Assembly: GCF_001194135.2 (NCBI RefSeq)
Contig: NC_068993.1
Coordinates: 51,699,349 to 51,731,680, forward strand
From: Octopus bimaculoides
Lineage: Eukaryota
Reading direction: 5' to 3'
DNA: 32,332 nt
The position numbers and the translations under genes were made by a program. Positions within the stretch are counted from its first letter, which is position 1. Every line of letters begins with the position of its first letter. The notes below the pieces were generated by a model. The model did no database searches, was not told the origin of the DNA, and worked only from the letters and a program-made list of their open reading frames with translations. Positions 1-12,902 of the stretch are shown piece by piece.

Positions 1-55
1 TATATATATATATATTGCTTATGACAGGAATTCAAGTTTATAAAAAGAAAGCGGT

Positions 56-82
56 AGGTAGGTAGACCGATAGCTAGCTAGC

Positions 83-153
<71 letters not shown>

Positions 154-220
154 AATGTGAGAGAGAGAGAATCAGACAGACAGACTGACAGAGGAAGAGG
201 GAGAAAGAGGGAGAGAGAAT
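56..220. repeat. (AGAT)n tetranucleotide array (84-152) followed by GA/GACA-rich tract
   Basis: Read directly from the sequence. Confidence 0.97.
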
Positions 221-489
221 GTGTGAGTGAGATTTAAAAAGAGGTTTGAGTCGTTTATGAACTTCTTATCTCTGATCAAAGTTTTTTTTATTCTTTTCTG
301 ATGCAATTGTCGAGAATTTACAAAAGGCTACACTATACATTGTTCCTCAAGCGTTTGATGTCTACGCGTCTGCGTGTCTGCATGACTGGGTACCTTCTAC
401 TGAGTGTTTAAGTGCCCAAGCGCCCAGGCGCCCAAGTGCTTGTACGTCACGCTGTCAGCCTGTCTCAGTACGTGTATTAGTGATAGACT

Positions 490-870
490 CTCTCCGCATC
501 TGAGTAACTACGAGTCTCAATATCTGAAATTCTGCATATCTCCTTGTCTCAGTATCTGAGATTCCGTGTATTTGTGTCTGCAATATTTATCGGAGTGCTT
601 GTATATCTGCGTTTCTGCATGTCTGAGTTGTCTGCATGTTTGCATGTCCGAACGTCCTTCTGCGTCTCTACATGTCCAGGACTCTGTCTGCGTCTCTGCT
701 TGTCCGGGACTCTGTCGGCACATCAACGTATCTACATACGTCACCTAATGTGTGTTTGTATATCTAAATGTCTACAATCTTTTTACGTCTCTTCAACGAC
801 TCTCAGTGCCTCTGTGCATCAGTGCCACAATATTAGCTTGTCTGCATGCCTGAGTGTCTGTGCTGATGAT
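490..870. repeat. Degenerate TCTG/TGTC/TCTA low-complexity region
   Basis: TCTGCA, TGTCTG and GTCTC words recur throughout. This explains ORFs 517-1029. Confidence 0.7.
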
Positions 871-1109
871 TCTAGAGGAAAATATAATTATATAAAAAAC
901 ATACTAACTCTTCATACAAGATTAATTTATCTATTTATTTATCTCACACTGGAGGTAGCATCACTGATATACTCGGTGTGTGTGTATCTATGCACGTTGT
1001 ATTGCGTGTGTGTATACATGAGTGTGTAAGTAAATACGTGTGTGTTCGCTAAACTAATTAACATTTTCATAATTTATTTCCAATTTGTGAAACTATCTGT
1101 CAAAATCTG

Positions 1110-1156
<47 letters not shown>

Positions 1157-1180
1157 NNNNNNNNNNNNNNNNNNNNNNNG

Positions 1181-1222
<42 letters not shown>

Positions 1223-1640
1223 CTGTGTGTGTGCATGAATGCAGTCATGTATTTATGTGTGTGTGTATATATATGTACATATGCACACACACATATATAT
1301 ATATACATACATACATATATAGATATATACACATACATATATATATATACACGCACATATATCACTATATATATAAAAACATATTTGTATATTTGCATAC
1401 ACACACGTAAGTACATAAATACATACATACATGCATGCATGCACACATACATACATACATACATACATACATAAATACATACATACATATATATATATTT
1501 TCATTTTTGTGTGTCTACGTCTACAGAAAAGGTGTCGAACACGTATGCCTGTGTATATGTCTCTATGTGTGTGTTTCTGTCTCTGCATATATGCAAATAC
1601 ATGTATGTCTATATGTGTGTGTTATGTCTTATGTATGTTG
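1110..1640. repeat. (TA)n, (TACA)n and degenerate TG/TA tracts
   Basis: Read directly. Includes the gap at 1157-1179. Confidence 0.95.
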
Positions 1641-1792
1641 AGTGTATGTGTCTACAGTTTTTTTACGTCTATTTCCGATAGTTTTGTTTCATTGCTTTTT
1701 TTTTTAACGTTTTTTGTTGAGTTTCAGTAAAATTCTTCTGAAATGTTTTCTAAAGTTTTGCAGTTTTTCAGTTATGGTTTGTAAATTAATTC

Positions 1793-1998
1793 ATCATCAT
1801 GACACCACAAACCGAACAGCAGCATCAACTACATTATCATTATGACCATCATCATCAACATCATCATTATCATCAACATCATCATAACCATCATCGTCGT
1901 CGTCGTCAACATCATCATTTTCATCATTGTCATCATTATCATTATCATGAGTACATTAATAATAATGAGAATAATGATAATATTCACAATAGCAGAAA

Positions 1999-2079
<81 letters not shown>

Positions 2080-2419
2080 TGATGATGATAATAATAATGA
2101 TGATGATAATAATAATAATAATATGATGATGATGATGATGATGATGATAATTATAATGATGATAACAATAATAATGATCTATGCCATCATCATCACCAGT
2201 GTCATCGTCATCATCATGAACATGTTCACCTGCATTGTAGCAATCATTCTCATCATATCCTTCCTTCTCCTTTTCCTTCACCTCCTCCATACACTTATCT
2301 CTATCATCAACGACATCCACACCACCATCGTTATTGCAACCAACAGCATCATCATCAACATATTATTCATCATCATCATCATCAACACCACCACCACCAC
2401 CACCACCACCACCACTACT

Positions 2420-2455
<36 letters not shown>

Positions 2456-2665
2456 GTCATCATCAACATCCTCATCATTCTTATCACCGTCATCATTGCA
2501 ACTGCCATCATGTTCGACATTTTTATCATTACAACTATCGTATAATTAACAATAACATTTGATCATCATCTTCATTATTATTAATAATATCAACATCATA
2601 ATCATCATCATCATACATACATACATACATACAAAAATATATACATATATATTTTCATTTTTGTG

Positions 2666-2751
<86 letters not shown>

Positions 2752-2834
2752 CTGATGATATTATTTATGTTATAAAAAAACTCGTCATTAATCATTATTG
2801 CTACTATCTTTTACATCATCATCATCATCATAAC

Positions 2835-2902
<68 letters not shown>

Positions 2903-2925
2903 TAACAATAATGATAATATCTTCA
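1793..2925. repeat. Compound trinucleotide mosaic: (CAT), (CGT), (ACT), (AAT), (GAT), (ACC), (ATT)
   Basis: About 1.1 kb of successive triplet arrays that differ by single substitutions. Confidence 0.97.
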
Positions 2926-3039
2926 AAATCACTTATTTCATCATTTTTCTGTCACCATCTCTATCTCTGCATATCTCTCTCTGTCGGTCTACCTGTTTAC
3001 ATCACTCTCTCACTCTCGATCTATATGTAAAAATGTGTA

Positions 3040-3063
3040 TGTATATATGTTTCTCCTCTCTCC

Positions 3064-3103
<40 letters not shown>

Positions 3104-3274
3104 TACATCCATATAGAAATATTCGTATACACACCTCCAAATAGGCAAACACGTACGCATTCGCACTCATCTTCTTCTTGCTCTCCTATCACTTGCAACC
3201 CAATTAGTGAGAAGGTGTGTTACTTTTGTCAGTGATATCCCGAGGGAGTGTCTCCAGTCGCAGGTGTTTCTGTA

Positions 3275-3349
<75 letters not shown>

Positions 3350-3637
3350 GCTCATACTTACATATATATTTGTGCGCGTGTGTGCATACATATGTGCATA
3401 TAACTATCCATGTATATGTATATATATCCATGTATATGTATATATATCTTGGATACATATGCAAGAATCTGTGCATATATATATATGTATACGTGTGTAT
3501 GTATGTATACACGTACATATGTATGTTCATATACATATATATGTATGTCAATGTGTGTGAGTATCTATGAATGAGAATATATAAATGAAAGAATGTACGT
3601 GCGCACCGGCATATATATGCATGTGTGTTTGTATGTA

Positions 3638-3682
<45 letters not shown>

Positions 3683-3700
3683 GCATCCGCGGCACATATT
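3040..3700. repeat. (CT)n(CA)n, (TA)n and degenerate TATG tracts
   Basis: Read directly. Confidence 0.93.
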
Positions 3701-3919
3701 TGAGCTGTTTGAAATGTCTATGGTGCATTTATTTATCAGTTGTTGATATACAATGTAGCAAATGTCGTCTGTGAGCCTGTAACAGTGAAAATTAGTCAAA
3801 CGATTTCATCTGTCAATTTATAGGTTTAGTACTTCTACGTCGAAGTTTACCTCTGGGCGAATGACAATACTTAAGTAGACTTCAGTTCGACCACTCAACA
3901 TCATTATCACCAACATTAT

Positions 3920-3922
3920 CAA

Positions 3923-3957
<35 letters not shown>

Positions 3958-3979
3958 TTACTACTACTACTACTACTAT

Positions 3980-4017
<38 letters not shown>

Positions 4018-4041
4018 ATACTACTACTGCTGCTGCTTCTG

Positions 4042-4075
<34 letters not shown>

Positions 4076-4152
4076 AACCACCATTACTACTACTACTACT
4101 GTGACTAATATTACTACTGCTACTACTACTACTAGTACCTCTACTACTACTT
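3920..4152. repeat. (TAC)n array with TGC/CAC variants
   Basis: Read directly. It runs into the gap at 4153-4344. Confidence 0.97.
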
Positions 4153-4344
4153 NNNNNNNNNNNNNNNNNNNNNNNNNNNNNNNNNNNNNNNNNNNNNNNN
4201 NNNNNNNNNNNNNNNNNNNNNNNNNNNNNNNNNNNNNNNNNNNNNNNNNNNNNNNNNNNNNNNNNNNNNNNNNNNNNNNNNNNNNNNNNNNNNNNNNNNN
4301 NNNNNNNNNNNNNNNNNNNNNNNNNNNNNNNNNNNNNNNNNNNN

Positions 4345-5300
4345 AGAAGCCACGGCATACCTATCCCGCCACTCAGAGGATGCTGGTAACAGACTGACCG
4401 TCTGACCATTGGAACGCATCCCTTCCACAAGAATTTAAATAAGAGACGCTCCAACCTGGTCAAGCAGTATCCGGGACAAGGTACGACGGTCAGGTGATAA
4501 ATGGTAACGGAACCGATGTAAGCATTCACCACTCCTGTCCGACCTTTCAACCTTAGCCACTTCTCAGCCCATTTCTTGGTAATACTGGCCGCTCTGTTCA
4601 CCACCTCGTCCCAGTTCTTATCAACCTGAAGGTCGGGACCAAACCAGACCCCGACCAGTTTAACTGGTTCGGCGGTCCAGCGTTCAAAGTCCCTTGACAT
4701 CACCTTGCCTCGCCAGGAGCCCAACCGCAAACCCGCCGATTTGTCGGCGTCGATCTTAGACCCTGCAGCCGACTCATATTCCTTTAGGATAGTGCCTAAC
4801 TGTCTCCACTTCGCAGGCGTCTGACACCATGACGGTGACTTGGTCTAAGGATGCAAACACTGCTCTTCCTTATCCCAAATCGAAAGGGATACACCTTAGC
4901 TGTTCCAGCTTGCCAATATGTACAGAAGAGGTGAGAGCGGGCAGCTCAGAGGGTCCGAGCGTGCGATGCCAAACGGCTCTGATAGGTGACCGTTTACTTT
5001 GAGCACTGAACAGGTGTCACTGTGCATTGCAGCGATCCAGCCTCTGAAAATGGTTCCGAAACTGCCTGCTTTTAGGACGGCTTCCAAGCAGCGATTGTTG
5101 ACCCTATCGAATGCTTTCGATTGATCCAAATTGATCAGAGCTGCCCCGAAGCCAGCTTTGGTCCCAGCTCTCTCTCTCTCTCTCTCTCTCTCTCTATGAT
5201 GTATCGCATAAGGTGGAGGTTGTCGCTGTATTGAGCCCTTGCAATCTTGTTCCCCACATAACCTCTTTCGTTTGTTTAGACCAGACGGTCTACAAGCGTA
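4345..5300 (-). mobile_element. Decayed L1/Tx1-clade LINE ORF2 fragment (RT core and thumb), fragment C
   Basis: The minus strand translates to DNLHLMRYII..AALINLDQSKAFDRV (RT domain 3), VNGHLSEPF..SCPLSPLLY (domain 4), SKIDADKS, VKLVGVWFG, and LRLKGRTGVVNAYIGSVTIYHLTVVPCP..LFKFLWKG..GGIGMPWL (L1/Tx1 thumb). The catalytic YADD position reads SLDQ (4840-4851). It carries a stop, several frameshifts and a (CT)14 expansion. The 3' end is lost in the gap. Confidence 0.9.
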
Positions 5301-5564
5301 AATCAGTTACTAGTATTGACTGGTTCCTTCGGATTACCTCTCACTTATATCTCCAGGACAACAACGAGCCAGAAAGGCACCAAGGGATCTAATAGAGAGC
5401 GTCTCTGAGCTGATAATGAAGAATTTACACATTTTACTATAACCGACAACTTAATCCCCACGGTAGAATACAATGAATTTACCTTTACAGATCACAATAT
5501 GTCACAAATATATTTGAACTAACTTAGAGTTTGTGTATTTCCGTTCACTGCTTAGCGTTGCTAC

Positions 5565-5995
5565 TTAGACAAACAAACAGACAGAGAGATAGACGGGCAC
5601 ATATACAGACAGCTAGTGAAACAGACAGATAGATAAACAGATAGATAGACAAATAGATAGATAATTGGGCAGGCCATAAAATTTATCAGCAGTAACAATA
5701 ACAAAACAGCAACAAATACAGTAATAAGAACAGCAACAATAACAACAACACAGCAACTACAATTGCAAATATTGCAACAGCAACAACAGAAACAATCGCA
5801 ACAGCAATTGTAGCAGCAGTAGCAGCAGCAGCAGCAACAACAGCATCGGTAACAAGAACATCAGTAACTAAGGAATATCAACAAAGAGTAAAACAATAAC
5901 AATTCTAGGAACAACAACAACAACATCAACAACTACAACAGCAACAACAACATCGAATATAACAACAACAACAGCACCAGCAGCAACATCCGACA
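5565..5995. repeat. GACA/GATA tract followed by degenerate (CAA/CAG)n
   Basis: Read directly. Confidence 0.88.
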
Positions 5996-6604
5996 AAGGA
6001 CAGATACCGTATCATGATTCATTGAAAGAATATAAAATTTTTCTCCTAATAATTAGATATGTTTGTGATTCTCTGTTTCACTTATGCTGATGTTTTTATT
6101 TTCAACGTAGCTCTTATTTCCTTTTTCATCTGGTTTTTGTGTTTATTATAAATATATATACATATATATACATACATATATGCATATATATATNNNNNNN
6201 NNNNNNNNNNNNNNNNNNNNNNNNNNNNNNNNNNNNNNNNNNNNNNNNNNNNNNNNNNNNNNNNNNNNNNNNNNNNNNNNNNNNNNNNNNNNNNNNNNNN
6301 NNNNNNNNNNNNNNNNNNNNNNNNNNNNNNNNNNNNNNNNNNNNNNNNNNNNNNNNNNNNNNNNNNNNNNNNNNNNNNNNNNNNNNNNNNNNNNNNNNNN
6401 NNNNNNNNNNNNNNNNNNNNNNNNNNNNNNNNNNNNNNNNNNNNNNNNNNNNNNNNNNNNNNNNNNNNNNNNNNNNNNNNNNNNNNNNNNNNNNNNNNNN
6501 NNNNNNNNNNNNNNNNNNNNNNNNNNNNNNNNNNNNNNNNNNNNNNNNNNNNNNNNNNNNNNNNNNNNNNNNNNNNNNNNNNNNNNNNNNNNNNNNNNNN
6601 NNNN

Positions 6605-6655
<51 letters not shown>

Positions 6656-7044
6656 TCATATATAGAGACATATATATGCATACATGTATATATATACCCA
6701 CAAACACACATATACTCATGTATATACATGTATAAACACACATGTCTAAACAAATATTTATATATGTGTATGCATGCAAGTACACAAACATAGACATGTA
6801 GAGAAATGTCTGTGTGTTTTAGTATGTGTGTTTCAATGCGCGTATGTGTGTACGCGTGCATGTTTGTGCATGTGTGTGAGTAAGTTATTTGCGCGTGAAT
6901 ATGTGTACACGCGTGATAGTAATTTGTCAAATATTACTTCAACAAATGAGAGGATTTCACATCAAAAAAGGTAAAGACGAGATTGTATTTTGCTATATTT
7001 TAAACTGGCGCATTCAAATAAATTAGCGAGCAATAACGTAATAA

Positions 7045-7345
7045 ACATCGTGGTCTACAACATCATCGCCATCATCATCATCACTATGATTATAATCATC
7101 GTCATCATTGTCATCACCACAGTGACCGTCAGCATCATAGAAAACATCATCGTCAGAATCGCTAGTGTCTTCACCATCAACATCACTATCAAAGATTACG
7201 TCATCATCACCATCATCTGTATTTGGCGTCGTTTCATCATCATCATCATCATCATCGCTGTCACTGTCATCGTCGTCGTCGTGGTCATCATCATCATCAT
7301 CGCTGTCGCCTTCGTCATCGTTCTCTTCACTACCGTCATTTTATC
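7045..7345. repeat. Degenerate (ATC/GTC)n
   Basis: Read directly. Confidence 0.9.
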
Positions 7346-7499
7346 ACATCATCCATTTTGTTGTTGCCTTATTTTTTTACAGCAGTTAGCCGCCATAATG
7401 AAATTTTCATTTCAGATTTACAACGGTGTATAAATATACAAACATATATTTATGTATACACCTGTTCACAGGCACCGCCATACACACATGCATAGACAG

Positions 7500-7507
7500 A
7501 CACGCAC

Positions 7508-7544
<37 letters not shown>

Positions 7545-7673
7545 NNNNNNNNNNNNNNNNNNNNNNNNNNNNNNNNNNNNNNNNNNNNNNNNNNNNNNNN
7601 NNNNNNNNNNNNNNNNNNNNNNNNNNNNNNNNNNNNNNNNNNNNNNNNNNNNNNNNNNNNNNNNNNNNNNNNN

Positions 7674-7724
<51 letters not shown>

Positions 7725-8069
7725 TCATCTCTCTCTCTCTTTATATGTATATATTTATATATATACGCTTGTCTGTGTCTGTGTCTGTGTCTGTGTGTGC
7801 CTGTGTGCGTTTGTGCATGTACCCAAATATTTGATAATAATATTACGACAAAATTTTATATCATTCAGAACTGTACACATAATTGCAAAATATATATTAA
7901 ATAAACACACTTGTCTGTATACACACTCACCCACACACGCGCTCATATGTACATCTTCCATGCGCACCGAAATACGCCCGCATATGCAGATGTTTATATA
8001 CATATATATATACCTTCGTTTGTACATGTATACAGGTGTATTGATATATGCGCGCGGACACACACACAT

Positions 8070-8163
<94 letters not shown>

Positions 8164-8165
8164 TC
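7500..8165. repeat. (TA)n, (GTCTGT)n, (GATA)n and (GA)n arrays
   Basis: Read directly. Includes the gap at 7545-7673. Confidence 0.93.
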
Positions 8166-8237
8166 ATGCAAACACATACATGCTTATATATGAATCCTAA
8201 TATAATCAGACGCAGAAATATTGATGTGTGTGTGTGT

Positions 8238-8300
8238 GTGTACGTCCCCACGTATGAACATGATTATTTGCACGGGCGTGTGTAGAATAAGTACCTGCGC
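8238..8300 (+). mobile_element. Degenerate SINE family II 3'-half remnant
   Basis: (GT)n is followed by TACGTCCCC and TAGAATAAGTAC in the same order as at 15964-16025. Confidence 0.4.
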
Positions 8301-8677
8301 GTGTGTTTCTATGCGTGTTTATTGTCGAAGACCACATCTCTATTATGCTTGAAAATTTGTTTATTTCTATCTTTGAGTATTTATCGTTTGTGTCTTCCCC
8401 AAGGTTTGTAACATGACGTGTGTCTGTGATGAAGTACAATATGATGTGATTGTTGCTGTTGTTTTGTAGGTAGGGTAGATAGTAGAGTTATGGGAGGTGT
8501 TGGAAGCCAGTGAAATTTTATGTGACCGTATAGATGGTGATTGCAGCGATTGCGATAGCGGAGATAGTAACGGTTGTAGGGGATGGACGTGGGTGTATTT
8601 TATGGCTAAGGTAATACCCATATCTGTCGAAACAAATGAAACAAATATAGACAAATATATACATATATAGAAATATA

Positions 8678-8719
<42 letters not shown>

Positions 8720-9769
8720 TAANNNNNNNNNNNNNNNNNNNNNNNNNNNNNNNNNNNNNNNNNNNNNNNNNNNNNNNNNNNNNNNNNNNNNNNNNNNNNN
8801 NNNNNNNNNNNNNNNNNNNNNNNNNNNNNNNNNNNNNNNNNNNNNNNNNNNNNNNNNNNNNNNNNNNNNNNNNNNNNNNNNNNNNNNNNNNNNNNNNNNN
8901 NNNNNNNNNNNNNNNNNNNNNNNNNNNNNNNNNNNNNNNNNNNNNNNNNNNNNNNNNNNNNNNNNNNNNNNNNNNNNNNNNNNNNNNNNNNNNNNNNNNN
9001 NNNNNNNNNNNNNNNNNNNNNNNNNNNNNNNNNNNNNNNNNNNNNNNNNNNNNNNNNNNNNNNNNNNNNNNNNNNNNNNNNNNNNNNNNNNNNNNNNNNN
9101 NNNNNNNNNNNNNNNNNNNNNNNNNNNNNNNNNNNNNNNNNNNNNNNNNNNNNNNNNNNNNNATATATATATATATATATATATATATACAGCACACATA
9201 CAAACACATGCAAACACATGCAAACACACATATACATGCACACATACACATGTATATATTGTTTTGTCAAATTCGTTGTTAGATGGAACAAAAAGCAACA
9301 GCAACAACATCAACAACATTCAACAACATCAACAACAACAACATTATCCCAAACAGACACCAATATATAAACACAAAAACAAATTATTTAGAATTACTGT
9401 AAATGATAAGTGTTTGATATCATTTGCGTGCGGTGAATATATTATTTGAATATCTGAAAACTCATTATTGCCTGATAAATTATTTTCTATGTGTGGCTGT
9501 GTGTGTCTCTTTGTTTATAATCATTATTGTAGCTGTGGTTGTCCTTTGTGTGCGTGTGTGTGTTTATGCGTGCTTTATCCGTTTGTTTTGTGCATGTGTG
9601 TGTATGTGTGTTTGTATGTATATAATGCGTTTCGCTGTGTTTGTATTTCTATGTGTGTATGTGTGTGTGTGTGGGTTTCATTGCCGCCTTCATCCAACTG
9701 TGCTCGTGTCTATTTATTCATCGTGTTTTAGTATGCATTTATCTTGTGTTATTATCCATTTATTTCCTA

Positions 9770-10122
9770 TTTCCCCTACCCCCACCCCACTCCCACATAC
9801 ACACCACCCGCACACCCACGCCCCAACCCCTCCATCCGATCATCTATCCCTCCCTCGTTCACTCCCTCCATCCGTCCGTCCCTCCACCCATCCATTCTGC
9901 ATTCAACCATGCAGAGGTGTATGTAGGGATTGACAGAATGACAGATAGCGAGAAGGTGGAACGGCGAAAGCGAGAGAAGGCAAAGCGAGAAAGAGAAGAG
10001 AAATAAGCAGATATATGTGTTTATATTCATATATTTGTGAGTGCGCGCGTGTCCGTTCTGTGTGTATTCGTATTCATATACATACATACGTACATACATA
10101 CATATACATATATATATATAAG

Positions 10123-10214
<92 letters not shown>

Positions 10215-10260
10215 TTATATATATATAACACGTATATCTCTATAAAAGTGTGATGTATAT
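9770..10260. repeat. C-rich (CCA/CCT) tract at 9772-9900 and long (TA)n at ~10080-10230
   Basis: Read directly. Confidence 0.9.
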
Positions 10261-10359
10261 GTGTATGTATTTGTATGAGAGAAATAGAGAGATAAAGAGA
10301 AACAGGGATTATAGAGAAGGCTACCTTATCTACCTAAGGCAATAAAAGAGGGAACTGCG

Positions 10360-10790
10360 TCAATAACGTCGAAACCCAATCTATTTGTGACCACTTAAGT
10401 GAAAATCATTGACTCCGTATTCAGCAGAGTTACTTTCCTGAAATTATCAAAGTTCATGGTATTTTTCAGCAACGCCACCGATTCCTGGACCATATAAATT
10501 ATAAATTCTCATTGCATGCCATCTTTTACGCTAGTCGTTCACCAAGACAACCGCGAACAAATTCTGGAAATATAAATCTCGTAGAGCAGATCATTGGAAC
10601 CAGGAATTTCACCTCTCATACATTGACTTTCTGTCCCCGGAGTCTCACCTGCCGTTATTTGCTTATCGTAACAAACTACCTGTTCTGCTGAGAGTCATGT
10701 AAAACCGTGGAAGTAATCATTAAAATCTACTGCTTTCCACAAACAGTCAGAGAAATATATGGTCGCCCAAAAGCAAGTGGCTGTCTATCT
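10360..10790 (-). mobile_element. Decayed L1/Tx1-clade LINE fragment B (linker to RT domains 0-2)
   Basis: The minus strand reads VDFNDYFHGFT*LSAEQVVCYDKQITAGE..RGEIPGSNDLLYEIY (matching the KSPGxDGLxYExY motif, ~10572-10613) and NFRKVTLLNTESMIFT*VVTNRL (matching NFRPITLLNxExKILAKVLANRL, ~10377-10445). Confidence 0.8.
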
Positions 10791-10824
10791 TGAATCTGAT
10801 GACAATCACTCACTATTCATTACA

Positions 10825-11290
10825 GACCTAATGCATCTATAAGTGCAGTGATACATTTTATCCGCATGTGCCATAACCTCTGTACCTCAATGGTTAGGTT
10901 CTTGTACCTTGCTATTTTCTTATACTTCTAATATTGACTTTTCTCATCATTTGGAAACGTAAAGTAAATTACCTAGCACTAACTCTTCTCTCTGTCTACT
11001 ACTACTAAACCAGACCTTGTCGCTTCTATTACTGTTCTGATGTTAAGTCACGCGTCTACCATCGGGGTCATGCAACGGTTTCGTTCTCTCGTATTTTATA
11101 CGACATGCCTCAACTCTGACAGGGCACCATTTTTGCTGCTATTATATCAGATGTGGAGATTAAACCGTATTTAATCTATTATTTCTAACAGTTTACTGTC
11201 TATCTTTCGGTACTTCTTATCCAGTCTATTTTGATTGTTTTCTTCCAAACGACTCGCAAGAGGTTTTTCATGACTACCTCCTTCAAACCT
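10825..11290 (-). mobile_element. Decayed R4/Dong-like (RLE) non-LTR retrotransposon C-terminal fragment
   Basis: The minus strand reads HEKPL, IIAA, VIEATRSGLVVVDREKS*C*VIYFTFPNDE (a degenerate PD-(D/E)xK endonuclease motif) and KIARYKNLTIEVQRLWHMRIKCITALIDALG (matching KYxDLxIEIxRLW..IPIVIGALG). Confidence 0.8.
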
Positions 11291-11409
11291 TAACTCTCGT
11301 TGTTGTATGTGCGATTATGTTTTCTTGTTTGTACTATTGTAGTAAAATGGATGAATCACTGTAACAGCGCGTTGCTGCATCCTCCATTTGTTGATGATTC
11401 CCTACAGGT

Positions 11410-11950
11410 AGCATTAACTCAGCGATGAAGGGTAATTCCTCTCTCTTACACATCCATAAAATTATCGTCCCTGTTTCCATCCTTCAAGAGCAACATTACT
11501 CTCCCAAGCTAACATTGCTCACGTTCTGTTTCCAGCTTTGATAGACGCCTGCCACGAAACCAACCAGCAAATAATACATTTATTTATAAAATTTATAGGA
11601 TGGACCATCCAAACCAGGCAATTTGTCCCTAGCATGGCCACTTACTGCTGACAGTATCTCGGCTGCTGCAATCGATCTTTCACAACACTCACCTTTTAGA
11701 GACGTAAAGCCAGAGTAAAGAGTCAAAGCATGCACTTAATTCTTCTGTCCCCAGTCAACAAATGTCTTCAGACTGTTGCGAAAAGTACTGCAGAAGAACA
11801 ACACAGCTGTGAATCAAATCGAAAGACAAGTTCCCGTTGCATTCTGTGAATGACGTAATTGTATCAATTTTCGTGTATCACATGTTTACCACACGGGCCA
11901 GTGTGACGACATTTTCATCGTCGTGTCTAACTCGCATAATGCAATCTTCA
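11410..11950 (-). mobile_element. Decayed L1/Tx1-clade LINE fragment A (linker to RT domain 1)
   Basis: The minus strand reads CERSIAAAEILSAVSGHARDKLPGLDGPSYKFYK (11586-11624 for the PGLDG motif), then GVYQSWKQN, LLLKDGNRDDNF and GITL. Upstream it has TITSFTECNG..QYFSQ, which resembles the L1 linker. Confidence 0.75.
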
Positions 11951-12239
11951 AATGTTTGCAATGAGTAAATAGTGGAGAGCCCTTTTCGCTCCTGGTATGT
12001 CCGTTGCTTTGCTTTTTTTAATCGTCATTTCCTAATTTGGGGACTAGCTCCCTTTTTAATTTATTACTTTTTAATGCAATCATTTTTACTGTTGCTTACT
12101 TATTCTACACTAATGAGAGACCATCTTGACGATGACGTTATATATCATTATACAGTCAATAACTGACAAAACCAAACAAGGCAGGAATGAATAAAGATAT
12201 CTGACACCTCAGTAGCAAGCGAGAAGTAACAATCCTCAA

Positions 12240-12378
12240 AAGAGAAAGAGCAGGGATGCGTGAAATCCAAGGCCTTTGAGAACGACCGGAAATCAGAGAT
12301 GAGAGCAAAAGACTTTTGGTTGCAGTGCAGATCCAAATCCTTCTCACTAGAAACTACACAACACCCATCTCCAACCAC

Positions 12379-12410
<32 letters not shown>

Positions 12411-12890
12411 TGCACATTAATAACGTACACCACAAAAGTAACTGCTGAATATGTGGAAGATGTGAAGAAATAATATATCACATTCTTTTGTTTTGCTACA
12501 CAGTGTTAGACAGAAAAGAGTATATGCTCACAAATCTGATAGAGCTGGATCATGCTTACATTGCAAGTTATAAAACATCGAGAAAAAGAAGAAAAAAAAA
12601 CAGATGGTATACAAACGCATTCCACAAACGTTCAGGAAGAATGACAAATTGACCGTATTCGAGGACATGCCGGTTTACGGAGACTGGGAGATTAACGAAA
12701 ATCGACTCGATATTATTGTTGTTAAAAAAAAGCAACAATCCAGGGAGAAAGTTTCCCAATATAGATGTATCAATTGTAAAAGTTGACGATAAATCTCTCT
12801 AAAAGAAAAAAAAAAAAAAGAAAATTGAGAAAGCTATCCAAAAAATAAAATCTGGAAATAGAGATAACCGGAATCTGGTGGTTTTTGGAA
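12240..12890 (+). mobile_element. Decayed R4/Dong-like (RLE) element 3' ORF fragment with CCHC knuckle, interrupted by (CA)n
   Basis: The plus strand reads RLLVAVQIQILLTRNY (matching AAQDQxLxTRNY), then the zinc knuckle C*ICGRCEEIIYHILLFC (C-x2-C-x8-H-x4-C, 12443-12496), DRAGSCLH, NDKLTVFEDMPVYGDWEINENRLDIIVVKK (matching ILWDMPxxTDREIxANRPDIVV), IDVSI and LEIEITGIW. It ends at a 10-N gap. Confidence 0.88.
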
Positions 12891-12902
12891 ACNNNNNNNN
12901 NN

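Noticed and set aside
3690-3900. Minus-strand acceptor (CTAAT..TTACAG) followed by LTDDICYIVYQQLINKC
   Set aside because: There is no convincing donor, no partner exon and no recognisable homology.
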